Below, piece after piece: positions 31,330 through 41,044 of a stretch of 64,000 bases of DNA. The position numbers were made by a program, and so were the translations under genes. Source of the DNA: Candidatus Scatovivens sp. (GTDB lineage Bacteria > Bacillota > Clostridia > TANB77 > CAG-508); contig JAZRKN010000011.1 in the NCBI GenBank assembly GCA_045646345.1, positions 1 through 64,000 on the forward strand. The letters are read 5' to 3'. Under the pieces are notes generated by a model. The model was given only the letters and a program-made list of their open reading frames with translations. It made no database searches and was not told the DNA's origin. The stretch's first letter is position 1. Each line of letters opens with the position of its first letter.

Positions 31330-32091
31330 ATGGAATTTTTTGATTCACATTCTCATTATAATGATGAGAAATATGATTTAGATAGAAAAGAATTAATTGA
31401 AGCTATATATAATGAAGGAATTACAAAAACAGTATGTGTTGGTTATAATGTGGAAAAGAGCCAAGAAGCGCTTAAAATAGCCAAAGAAAATCACTTTATG
31501 TATGCAACTTGTGGAATATCTCCTAACGATATTGATGATTATGTGGAAAACTCATTAAAAAAAATTGAAGAAATAGCTGAAAACGAGAAAATAGTAGCAA
31601 TAGGGGAGATTGGTCTAGATTATTATTGGAACAAAGATAATAAAGAATTACAAAAAGAATTATTTATAAAACAAATAGAAATAGCAAATAAATTAAATAA
31701 GCCAATTGTTATTCATACAAGAGATGCAGCAATAGATACAATTCAAATTTTAAAAGAACATCCAGTAAATAGAAAAGGTATATTTCATTGTTGTCCATTA
31801 AACCAAGAATTAATAAAAGAAGGTTTAAAATTAGGATATTATATATCATTTAGTGGAAATATAACATTTAAAAATGCCAAATCAGAGGCATGTGTTTCGT
31901 TAGTTCCTTTAGATAAGATCTTAATAGAAACAGATTGTCCATATTTGTCACCAGAGCCAAATAGAGGTAAAAGAAATGATTCAAGAAATGTGAAATATGT
32001 TGCTTCAAAAATAGCAGAGATAAAAGGAGTAGAATTAGAAGAAATAGCTAAAATTACTTATGAAAATGCTAATAAAGTATTTGGAATATAG
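31330..32091 (+). CDS. tatD: TatD family DNase
   Basis: DSHSH, AIGEIGLDY, IHTRDA, FHC, ETDCPYLSP. Confidence 0.93.
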   Translation: MEFFDSHSHYNDEKYDLDRKELIEAIYNEGITKTVCVGYNVEKSQEALKIAKENHFMYATCGISPNDIDDYVENSLKKIEEIAENEKIVAIGEIGLDYYWNKDNKELQKELFIKQIEIANKLNKPIVIHTRDAAIDTIQILKEHPVNRKGIFHCCPLNQELIKEGLKLGYYISFSGNITFKNAKSEACVSLVPLDKILIETDCPYLSPEPNRGKRNDSRNVKYVASKIAEIKGVELEEIAKITYENANKVFGI

Positions 32092-32093
32092 TA

Positions 32094-32131
32094 AAAATGC
32101 CTGTTATACAGATAGTATAACAGGCATTTTT
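32094..32131 (+). terminator. Intrinsic terminator after tatD
   Basis: AAAAATGCCTGTTATAC-AGATA-GTATAACAGGCATTTTT. Confidence 0.8.
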
Positions 32132-32506
32132 GTACTTTATTGGTAATAATAGAAACTAATTACATTGCTTATAGGTATAAAAGACTTTATATTATAATTA
32201 AAGTCTTATTTTTTGTGTAAAAATTATAAAAAAAATAAATGTCAAGAAAAAAATATAAAAATTTTAAAGAAATTTTTGGCAAAAAAAATCCTTCAAAGTA
32301 TTAATTTCGTAGAAAAAATAAAAAAAATGTGGAAAAAAGTAATAGAAACTTAACAATCCTGTGGAAAAACCTCCTAAATGTTTTTCCGTAGCGAGTTTGA
32401 AGGTGGTTTTTATAAGTGGAAAAAAAAGGCTATTGCAAAAAAAAAACTAAATGCTATTATGTTGCTAATGAAAATATTCAGGCAAAATTAACAGGGAGGA
32501 TTTATT

Positions 32507-35500
32507 ATGAAAAGGAAAATGTTAATCTCAATTGCATTACTAACAATTATGCTATTGAACTGCATGATGCCTCTATTCATGGTATATGCAGCCGAAGGTG
32601 AAGGGATTCAACTAAACAGTACTTTATTCTATGCAGTTGTTGACGCTATTGACTGTGTTGATAACGGTGACGTTGCATTTGAAGTCAACGAAGGTACTCA
32701 CACGATATACATAAGTGCTGAAGAACTTGCTAAAGTTAAGTGTTTAGATCTTGCCGGAAAAGGTATTAATGATCTAACAAACTTAGACAAATTTACAAGT
32801 TTAGAGCGCTTAGTATTATCATCAAATGATCTTTACAGCGGTGAGGAAAGCAATTTAAGTGTATTAGATAACTTACCTAATTTAGTACATTTAAATTTAT
32901 CAGAAAACCACTTAGATAGTGTTGCTGATATTCCTGGTACAATGGAAAGATTATTTAACTCAGATAATGGTACAATATTATTAACTGGACAGATTGTTAA
33001 TAAAGTAGTTACTGTTGATATGAATACAGTAGATAAAGATGCTACTGTACCAGAAACAGTAACAGTAGAAGTACCAGAAATCTTAAGTCTTGCTGGAGAT
33101 TTAAAATCAGTTTGGAAAACAAAAGAAGGATATACACAAACAGATCCAACATTAAAGATTGAAGAATCTTTATTAAAGACTTTAGGATTACCATATATAG
33201 ATTATGCAAAATTTGCTGATTTATATAAAGTAGGACCAGATTCAAAATCATTAACTGTAACAGTTGCTGATTCAAACGGTCTTCCTTATTATGGTATGTT
33301 AAAATATACTATTTCTATAGTAGATGAAAAGGGTGAAGGAGGATTAGCTAGTAACTTAAACAAAGCTTCTGAAAATGCTCTTTACGAATCAGTATTTAAC
33401 ATTTACGTAGTTGTTAAAAACTCAGTAAATGAAGCTATTACAATGGTAGATGAAAATCTTTATTATGCAGTAAAAGAACAATTAACAGGTGGACAAACAG
33501 TTAATGGAGAATTATCAAGCTATCCATATGTAGTAGATATGAATGGAAATACTATCTATATAGAATATGTATATACAACTACAACAGTTGAGGGAACAAA
33601 CTATCAAATATTAACAGAAAAAGATTCAACAACACCTGTATATTGTTATGATCCTGCAACAGCAAGATTATATACATATGAAGATGACGTTGTAGTTGGT
33701 GAATTAGTTGATGATGTTACATTAACACCAGCAACAATTCAAATAGTAAGTGAAACAGATGGTTCAATTACAACTAGAAATGGATATACAACTCCATTCA
33801 AATCAGAAAAAACAGGAGAAACAATGTATATAGCAGCATATGATGATGCTTATACACTTCTTATCAATGATGATGTTCTAACAAATGATATTACATCTTT
33901 AGTATTAGATGGTAAAAAAATCCAATATTTAGATGGATTACAATACTTTGTAGGATTAACTTCTGATTTAAATTTAAGTTATAACTACTTAAAAGGAGTA
34001 GAACAATTATCATTATTACAAGCCCAAAAAGATCATTGGGAAAAACAAGTTGTTGAAAACTATTCTGAACTATTAAAAACAGATCCTGATGGAAACTTAA
34101 GTACAGTAGTAGCAGAAATAGAAGCTATTATGCAAAAAGTTGAATCAACATCAGGAGCAGATGTAGCTGGAAAAATTATTGAAATTTTAAGAGATGCATC
34201 TAAATTAGTTACATCAGATGAAAATTACGAAACACAATTACAAGAAAAAGCAAATCTATTATCAGAAGAATTTAAAAAATTATATGGTTACACAGATACA
34301 GAGGGTAAACATGTAAATGGTTTAATTGATAATTTAGAAGAAGATTTGAAAGCAGAAGGAAGCACAGACACAGATGCAACAAGTATCTCAGATTTATTAT
34401 GGGAAGCTTATGCATATTTATCAGCATTATATAGAGAATATAGTAATGAATATAAAATTACAACTTTATTAGCTGATAACGTTAATTATATGACATATTC
34501 AGATTATGAAAAATATTCTGAAGCAGTTAAAACATATGAAACAGCTAAAGTTTTAGGAGATGAACAAATTGCTTTTGTAACAACATTAGAATCAGCTAAA
34601 GCTTTATCTGAATTAGATATGGAATTATTATTATCTGTATTCCCAGGAATACAAAAATATATTGATGAAGAATCTGAAACACCAGTTGCAGATTATTTCG
34701 CAGAACAAGAATATAGCCATGCAGGTTATAAAAGAATTCTTAAAGAATTCAGAATGATTGGATTATATTCAGAATTAGCAAATTATTGCTTAATTAAAAG
34801 AATGGAAGTAGAAACAGCTCCTGGAATCTGTTATGCAGAAGAATATTTAGAAAGAAGAATTGAAGAATTAAGCTTAGAAAATATTCCAGCTGATTATGAA
34901 GAAGCTATGCTAGCAAGATTAAAAGGAGAATATGCTGATTTATCATTCTTTGAAGATGATGCAATGATGATTGCAAGTTTTGATGATGTTACAGCTGCAT
35001 ATGTAGATTATGCTGCTAGAACATATGAATATGGAGAAGAAATCTCTATAACTTCTGGAGAATATCTTCCAGTAACAGATGTACAATTCACAGTAGAGAA
35101 TTATACAGCTGAAGAACTTGAAAATTTAGTTATACCAGCAGAATCAAATGGTAATTTCGCACAAGCACAAGCAGCTTTAGATTTAGCTGATGGTATTAGC
35201 AAAAATGTAGTTAAACAAATCTATTTAGCTGAAGAAGTTAATGGTGTGTTTGGCGCAGAAAACGAATTAGTTGTATACAATCAATTAATGAGTTTAGCAA
35301 AAAAATTATTAAATGGTAACGTTGAAAAATATGTTCAATTAGCAGATCTTAAAAAATTGAATATTGCTGAAAACGGACACTTAGACAACTTAGAAGGAAT
35401 TACAGAATTACAATCACTAGTTGATTTAAATGCTGATCACTGTGCATTCTCAGATGTAGAAAGCATTGATTGGTCAAAATTACCAAACTTAAGAAAATTA

Positions 35501-36958
35501 AGTTTATCACACAATGGAATCGAAACAATGGATCCATTCGTTAAATTGAAAAATTTAACATATTTAGATTTAAGTAAAAACAATATCTCAGGAAAAATAG
35601 ATATCGATCCAAACGATTTCTCAACATTCTTTGATGATTTAGCTTACTTAAACTTATCTGAAAACCAAATTTCAGATATTAGATCAATCCAATTATTCTT
35701 AGATGGAATAACAAATGGAAACTATGGTGAATATTTAGCAAATACAGAAGACTTTGAATTAGACTTAAGAAAACAAAATATCACTATAAATATAGAAGAA
35801 CCAATTCTTTATAATCCATCAGTAAAAACAATTAATGTTGATTTAACAAAAACAAAAATATTCACACAATTAAAAGCTATCGATACAAAGAGAACAGCTT
35901 TTGGTATGAACAGTGAATATGGAAGCATTAATGCTGATGGTACAAATATGTTAATCAATGTATCAAAATTAGGAAAACAAACAGCTATAGCAGACATTGA
36001 AAACATTGATAAAAACGCTGCAGTAGAAGATTACTGTATAGGATACGGATCAAAAATCACAGTTAACTACACAGTAATAGCTGGAACAGTTTCTACATTC
36101 GCAGTTAACCCAACAGAAAACATAACTGTAAATGCTGGTGAAACAGTACAATTTACAGGAGAAGTAACAGGTGAAAACCTATTTAGTACAAAAGTTATTT
36201 ATACAGTTAAAGGAAACACAAGTGCAGATACAAAAATTGATTCTAACGGATTATTAACAGTAGGTGCTGATGAAAAATCTACATCTATTACAGTAGTTGC
36301 ACATCCAGAAGCTGACCCAACAATAACAAAATCAATAGATGTTACAGTAGTACCATCTGAAGAACCTACAACACCTCCAACAGAAGGTGGAGAAGGAACA
36401 ACACCTCCAACAGAAGGTGGTGAAGGAACAAACCCACCTGCAGGAGAAGGAGAAGAAGTAACACCTCCAACAGAAGGTGGTGAAGATACAACAGTAGATG
36501 TTGTAAATCCAGGTGAATTAGGATATGAAGCTGGAGAAGAATTCTTAACAGGAATTAATCCAAAAACACCAGTAGAAGATTTCTCAACAATCTTCTTAAA
36601 TGGTAAAGAATATAATGTAGTTATTAAGAAAGATGGAGAAACAATCACATCTGGAAATATGGCTACAGGTATGTATGTACAATTACAAGATGAAAATGGT
36701 GAAGTAGTTAAAGATCAAAACGGAGATTTAGTTGTATATGAAATCATCGTAAACGGAGACGTAAATGGTGATGGACTTGCAAACTCACTAGATTCAATTT
36801 TAATCAAAGCTCACAGAAACGAAATCACAGCATTAGCTGGAGATGCGTTTGAAGCAGCTGACATTAACAACGACGGAAATGTTAACGTTGCTGACTCAAA
36901 ATTGTTATTATATCATAGAGCTGAAGTTAAAGGTTATGACTTAAACTATGTAAAATAG
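32507..36958 (+). CDS. Secreted leucine-rich-repeat protein with Ig-like domain, Pro/Thr/Glu/Gly linker and C-terminal type I dockerin
   Basis: Signal peptide; internalin-like LRRs (LERLVLSSN, LVHLNLSEN, LRKLSLSHN, LTYLDLSKN); duplicated Ca-loop GDVNGDGLANSLDS...AADINNDGNVNVADS. Confidence 0.85.
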   Translation: MKRKMLISIALLTIMLLNCMMPLFMVYAAEGEGIQLNSTLFYAVVDAIDCVDNGDVAFEVNEGTHTIYISAEELAKVKCLDLAGKGINDLTNLDKFTSLERLVLSSNDLYSGEESNLSVLDNLPNLVHLNLSENHLDSVADIPGTMERLFNSDNGTILLTGQIVNKVVTVDMNTVDKDATVPETVTVEVPEILSLAGDLKSVWKTKEGYTQTDPTLKIEESLLKTLGLPYIDYAKFADLYKVGPDSKSLTVTVADSNGLPYYGMLKYTISIVDEKGEGGLASNLNKASENALYESVFNIYVVVKNSVNEAITMVDENLYYAVKEQLTGGQTVNGELSSYPYVVDMNGNTIYIEYVYTTTTVEGTNYQILTEKDSTTPVYCYDPATARLYTYEDDVVVGELVDDVTLTPATIQIVSETDGSITTRNGYTTPFKSEKTGETMYIAAYDDAYTLLINDDVLTNDITSLVLDGKKIQYLDGLQYFVGLTSDLNLSYNYLKGVEQLSLLQAQKDHWEKQVVENYSELLKTDPDGNLSTVVAEIEAIMQKVESTSGADVAGKIIEILRDASKLVTSDENYETQLQEKANLLSEEFKKLYGYTDTEGKHVNGLIDNLEEDLKAEGSTDTDATSISDLLWEAYAYLSALYREYSNEYKITTLLADNVNYMTYSDYEKYSEAVKTYETAKVLGDEQIAFVTTLESAKALSELDMELLLSVFPGIQKYIDEESETPVADYFAEQEYSHAGYKRILKEFRMIGLYSELANYCLIKRMEVETAPGICYAEEYLERRIEELSLENIPADYEEAMLARLKGEYADLSFFEDDAMMIASFDDVTAAYVDYAARTYEYGEEISITSGEYLPVTDVQFTVENYTAEELENLVIPAESNGNFAQAQAALDLADGISKNVVKQIYLAEEVNGVFGAENELVVYNQLMSLAKKLLNGNVEKYVQLADLKKLNIAENGHLDNLEGITELQSLVDLNADHCAFSDVESIDWSKLPNLRKLSLSHNGIETMDPFVKLKNLTYLDLSKNNISGKIDIDPNDFSTFFDDLAYLNLSENQISDIRSIQLFLDGITNGNYGEYLANTEDFELDLRKQNITINIEEPILYNPSVKTINVDLTKTKIFTQLKAIDTKRTAFGMNSEYGSINADGTNMLINVSKLGKQTAIADIENIDKNAAVEDYCIGYGSKITVNYTVIAGTVSTFAVNPTENITVNAGETVQFTGEVTGENLFSTKVIYTVKGNTSADTKIDSNGLLTVGADEKSTSITVVAHPEADPTITKSIDVTVVPSEEPTTPPTEGGEGTTPPTEGGEGTNPPAGEGEEVTPPTEGGEDTTVDVVNPGELGYEAGEEFLTGINPKTPVEDFSTIFLNGKEYNVVIKKDGETITSGNMATGMYVQLQDENGEVVKDQNGDLVVYEIIVNGDVNGDGLANSLDSILIKAHRNEITALAGDAFEAADINNDGNVNVADSKLLLYHRAEVKGYDLNYVK
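36368..36490 (+). repeat. 30-bp tandem repeats encoding the TPPTEGGEG linker
   Basis: ACACCTCCAACAGAAGGTGG at 36371, 36401 and 36461, with a variant unit at 36431. Confidence 0.85.
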
Positions 36959-36970
36959 TAAAGATTGAAG

Positions 36971-37002
36971 TATTTAGGCGATGAAAAAAAGTCGCCTAGA
37001 TA
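36971..37002 (+). terminator. Hairpin between the dockerin and cohesin genes
   Basis: TATTTAGGCGAT...GTCGCCTAGATA; no T tail on the plus strand, so possibly a stabilising or processing hairpin. Confidence 0.45.
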
Positions 37003-37081
37003 CGACAAAAAAAGTCATAATTAACAAAAAAAGGTATTGCATTTTAAAAAAAGAAATGGTATCCTTGTATTGTATTAGCAA

Positions 37082-38017
37082 ATGAGGAGAATGATAATTA
37101 TGAAAAAAAATAAGTTAATATTATTGCAATTATTAGTTGCGTTTGTGTTAATTTCAACAAGCGTATATGCTGCAGTTACAACAACAATATCGCTTTCAAT
37201 AGCTGAAGCGACAGCATATAGAGGAGATAAAGTTGAAGTTAAATTATCTCTAGAAAATGTAGAAGAAAGTAATAAAATACAAAGTATTACTGGTTACATT
37301 AATTATGATGAAAATGTTATTGAACCATTAACTGTTGATAACATCAAACAAGGTGAAGGAAACACTGTAACAATAGGTAATGAGGTGTTAAAAGTCGAAG
37401 ACCTAACTAATGCAGATGTTAATAAAATTCCAACATCAACATCTTACATAGCTTTTAATGGAGATCCAACAAGTGGAAATGATTCTAGAATTGTAATCGA
37501 TTTTAAAGATGGAATTACAGAGGATACAGATCTACTAACAGTTGAATTCAAAGTAAAAGAAGATGCTACAATAGGAGAAGTTGAAAAAGCAATCTCTTAT
37601 TCAATGTTTGTAACAACAGCTGATTCAGCAGAATCTGAAGAAATGACAAAAAATGTCAAATTAACAGTAAAAGCTGTTGAACCAGAAAAAGAAGATGGAA
37701 ATAGCGTAAGTAATGAAAACGCAGCAAACAAAGTAGAAAACGAAGTTGAAAATAAAGTAGAAAATAAAGCTGAAAATAAAGCTGAGAATAAAGCTGAAAA
37801 CAAAGCTGAAAACAAAGCTGAAAATAAAGCTGAAAATAAAAACACAAATAAAAATACAAACAAAGCAGTAACTGGAAACAAAAATGCTTCAGATAACTCT
37901 GTTTCAGGAGCAAAACTACCTGCAGCAGGTGCTAAAGTTATTTTAATTCCAGCAACAATGTTAGTTGTATTAGCTTATGTGAGCTATAATAGATATTTAA
38001 AATATAGAGATATATAA
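37082..38017 (+). CDS. Cohesin-domain protein with NKAE-repeat stalk and LPxAG sortase anchor
   Basis: Signal peptide (start probably 37100); cohesin-like strands GDKVEVKLSL..ITGYINYDENVIE..DLLTVEFKVKEDA; C-terminal KLPAAG + TM + basic tail. Confidence 0.75.
   Translation: MRRMIIMKKNKLILLQLLVAFVLISTSVYAAVTTTISLSIAEATAYRGDKVEVKLSLENVEESNKIQSITGYINYDENVIEPLTVDNIKQGEGNTVTIGNEVLKVEDLTNADVNKIPTSTSYIAFNGDPTSGNDSRIVIDFKDGITEDTDLLTVEFKVKEDATIGEVEKAISYSMFVTTADSAESEEMTKNVKLTVKAVEPEKEDGNSVSNENAANKVENEVENKVENKAENKAENKAENKAENKAENKAENKNTNKNTNKAVTGNKNASDNSVSGAKLPAAGAKVILIPATMLVVLAYVSYNRYLKYRDI
37726..37820 (+). repeat. 12-bp tandem repeat encoding (N-K-A/V-E)n
   Basis: AAYAAAGCTGAR / AAYAAAGTAGAA units, about 8 copies. 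Confidence 0.85.
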
Positions 38018-38168
38018 TATTTTCTTAAAAATAATTAATTAATCCCTGGAGAGATAGCAAAGGCTATCTCTTCTTTATTTATGCTTTAACACTTGAAAAA
38101 AATAGTATTGCATTAATTTTTTGATATTGATATAATGTAATAAATTTTATAAATGGAGGGGAAAATAT

Positions 38169-38720
38169 ATGGTAATAGCTTTGATAATTATTCTTGTCAT
38201 AGTTTTTTGGGCTATAGGAATGTATAATGGACTTGTTCAATCAAGAAATAAAGTAAAAAATGCATGGAGCCAAATAGATGTACAGTTACAAAGAAGATTT
38301 GATTTAATACCAAATTTAGTAGAAGCTGTTAAAGGATATATGGCACACGAAAACGAGACATTAACAAAAGTTACAGAACTTAGAACTTCTTGGGCAAACG
38401 CTTCAACAATAAATGAAAAAGCAGCGTTAGATAATCAATTATCAGGTGCTTTAAAAACAATTATGGCAGTTTCTGAAAACTACCCTGAATTAAAGGCAAA
38501 CCAAAACTTTTCTGAATTACAAGAAGAATTAAGAAGTACAGAAAATAAAATTTCTTATGCAAGACAATTCTATAATGACAGCGTTACAATGTATAATACA
38601 AAATTAGAGGTTGTTCCAACAAATCTAGTTGCAGCATTGTTTGGTTTTAAACCAGAAGAATTATTTAAAACAGATTCAGAAGAAGCTAGACAAAATGTAA
38701 AAGTTGATTTTAGTAAATAA
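38169..38720 (+). CDS. lemA: LemA family protein
   Basis: AWSQIDVQLQRRFDLIPNLV, ENYPELKAN, ENKISYARQFYN; promoter TTGCAT(38108)-17bp-TATAAT(38131). Confidence 0.96.
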   Translation: MVIALIIILVIVFWAIGMYNGLVQSRNKVKNAWSQIDVQLQRRFDLIPNLVEAVKGYMAHENETLTKVTELRTSWANASTINEKAALDNQLSGALKTIMAVSENYPELKANQNFSELQEELRSTENKISYARQFYNDSVTMYNTKLEVVPTNLVAALFGFKPEELFKTDSEEARQNVKVDFSK

Positions 38721-38791
38721 TTTAAAAAGCGCTATCTGATTAAGGGTGGCGCTTTTGTTATTATACAAAAAATAAGAAAGGAGAGATTCTT

Positions 38792-39685
38792 ATGTATGAA
38801 GATATAAATAAAAATAAAATGAAGACAAGTGTTGTTATATTTGTATTCTTAACAATGATAACTTTGATACTATATTATTTATGCTATGCTTTTGATATGG
38901 GACCATATTCTATTATAATAGCTCTAATATTTTCAATAATTTCAACGATAGCAACATATTATAATTGTGATAAGATTGTTTTAGCATCAGTAAGAGCAAG
39001 ACCAGCAACTAAAGAAGAAGATCTTCAACTTACCAATATTCTAGAAGGATTAATGATTACTTCTGGATTAAATGTAAAACCAAGATTATATGTTGTTGAT
39101 TCAAGCCAACCTAATGCTTTTGCAACTGGAAGGAACCCAGAAAACGCTATAATATGTGTAACGAGAGGATTATTAGATAAATTAGATTATTATGAATTAG
39201 AAGGAGTTGTTGCTCACGAATTAGCACACATTAAAAACTACGACATTCGATTATCAGCGGTTGTAAGTGTAATGGTAGGGTTTGTTATTATGCTATCAGA
39301 TATGTTTACTAGAATCGCGTTTAGAAGCCGTAGAAGAAGTAGCGATGATGATAGTAGTGGTAATGCGATACTAATGATTATTGGATTGATTTTTCTTATA
39401 ATTTCGCCAATAGTTTCAAAATTAATTCAATTAGCTGTTTCAAGAAGAAGAGAATATTTGGCAGATGCTACAGCAGTATCATTTACAAGAAATCCTGATG
39501 GATTAATTTCTGCTTTAATAAAAATAAGTTCAGATGATTCTGATATGGATTCAGCAAGTAATAGTAATGCTCATATGTATATAGTTACACCTTTTAAAAA
39601 TAAAAGAAAAGCAAGTAAAAGTAGTGTGTTTTCAACACATCCTGGAATAGAAGAAAGAATAGAAGCACTTAAAAATTTAAGTTAA
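38792..39685 (+). CDS. htpX: M48 zinc metalloprotease HtpX
   Basis: QPNAFATG, HELAH, SRRREYLADA, STHP; lemA-htpX pair. Confidence 0.93.
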   Translation: MYEDINKNKMKTSVVIFVFLTMITLILYYLCYAFDMGPYSIIIALIFSIISTIATYYNCDKIVLASVRARPATKEEDLQLTNILEGLMITSGLNVKPRLYVVDSSQPNAFATGRNPENAIICVTRGLLDKLDYYELEGVVAHELAHIKNYDIRLSAVVSVMVGFVIMLSDMFTRIAFRSRRRSSDDDSSGNAILMIIGLIFLIISPIVSKLIQLAVSRRREYLADATAVSFTRNPDGLISALIKISSDDSDMDSASNSNAHMYIVTPFKNKRKASKSSVFSTHPGIEERIEALKNLS

Positions 39686-39703
39686 TATTATTTTTAATTA
39701 TAA

Positions 39704-39732
39704 TTAAAGCCCAACTATTAAGTTGGGCTTAT
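39704..39732. terminator. Hairpin terminator after htpX
   Basis: TAAAGCCCAACT-ATTA-AGTTGGGCTTTA. Confidence 0.7.
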
Positions 39733-39917
39733 TAATTTGCATTTAAATATCATATATTTTGTAAAAAAAAGAAGAAAAATATATAATTTGTCAAGTGTCT
39801 CATAAACACGGAATCTAATTATTTCAAGCTTTTGATGGGAAATAAGTAGACATGTTTTAAATTGACAAACATATAAATTAATTATATAATGAATTTGCAA
39901 ATTAAGGGGGCTATTGT

Positions 39918-40886
39918 ATGGAAGGAAGATTTTTTACTAATGTAATTAGAAAAATCGTTTTCATAAGTGTTATTCTAATTTGTTTACTTACAATAGGGGT
40001 TAAAGCTTCTAAATCGGATCTAAACTATATAACTATTGTTTTTCCAGAAGACTATGAAACAACAGTAGTAACATCTAAAGTTAAAGTTTCTGAAATATTA
40101 TCAGAAAATCATATAATTATATTGCCAGATGAAGTAGTATATCCAGATGAAGAGTCTGTAATTGATTTTTCTAAAAAAATTACAATCTCAAAAGTAACTG
40201 AAACTAAAAAGATTATTTCAGAACAAGTTGAAAGTGTTACAACAGAAGAACTTTTGGGAAAATATATAACTGTTACAGAAAAGATTATTGTAGAACAAGT
40301 TGAAATACCATATGAAACAATAACTAAAGATGTCTCTAAACAAGGTACTGTAACAACAGATACAGTATTGCAAAAAGGAGTTAATGGACTTAAAGAAATT
40401 AAGTATAAGGTTAGATATCAAGATAACCAAGAAATAGAAAGAAACGTTATATCCGAAAAAATAATAAAAGAACCAAAAGATAAAATAATACAAATTTCTA
40501 GTAAAATAGTATCAAGAGGTGGAAGAAGAGATACAATGTTGACACCAGAAGCAATTGCTGCAAGTGTTTCTGGAAAAACTCCGACAGTAACAAATTTAAA
40601 TACATCAGCATATTGTGCATGTATGATTTGTTGTGGTAAAACAAATGGTGTTACAAGTTCTGGCGCATTAGCAAAAGAATGGTATACAATAGCAGCAGGA
40701 AAAGGGTATCCAATAGGTACAGTTATTTACATTCCAGCGTTAGCTAACAAGCCGAATAAGGGGTGGTTTATAGTAGAAGATAGAGGTGGGGCTATAACAA
40801 ATAACAAGATAGATATTTATATGGATTCTCACACATCTGCTTTAATATTTGGAAGAAGAAATTTGGAATGTCATATTTATCAATAA
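39918..40886 (+). CDS. YabE/Sps-like cell-wall protein (DUF348-like + G5 + 3D domain)
   Basis: G5 (EIPYETI..QKGVNGLKEI..EPKDKII) and 3D (SAYC..T.SG...IGTVIYIP...EDRGGAI..NKIDIY); perfect TTGACA(39862)-17bp-TATAAT(39885) promoter. Confidence 0.85.
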   Translation: MEGRFFTNVIRKIVFISVILICLLTIGVKASKSDLNYITIVFPEDYETTVVTSKVKVSEILSENHIIILPDEVVYPDEESVIDFSKKITISKVTETKKIISEQVESVTTEELLGKYITVTEKIIVEQVEIPYETITKDVSKQGTVTTDTVLQKGVNGLKEIKYKVRYQDNQEIERNVISEKIIKEPKDKIIQISSKIVSRGGRRDTMLTPEAIAASVSGKTPTVTNLNTSAYCACMICCGKTNGVTSSGALAKEWYTIAAGKGYPIGTVIYIPALANKPNKGWFIVEDRGGAITNNKIDIYMDSHTSALIFGRRNLECHIYQ

Positions 40887-41015
40887 ATTTATAGAATAAA
40901 AGGCTCTAAGGTTAAGCAATAGCTTGGCTTTAGGGCTTTTTTGTACGTGATTTTGCTATATATATAAATAAGTAGAAAAAACAGTAAAAAAATCAACAAA
41001 ATACTTAACATAATA

Positions 41016-41044
41016 TTGAAAAATACTTGCATTTGTGGTATAAT
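41016..41044 (+). promoter_or_regulatory. Near-consensus SigA promoter ~440 bp upstream of the giant surface-protein operon
   Basis: TTGAAA 41016-41021, 17 bp, TGgTATAAT 41036-41044. Confidence 0.6.

Noticed and set aside
32416-32601. 61-aa ORF overlapping the LRR gene start
   Set aside because: Out-of-frame overlap with a well-supported gene that has its own GGAGG RBS.
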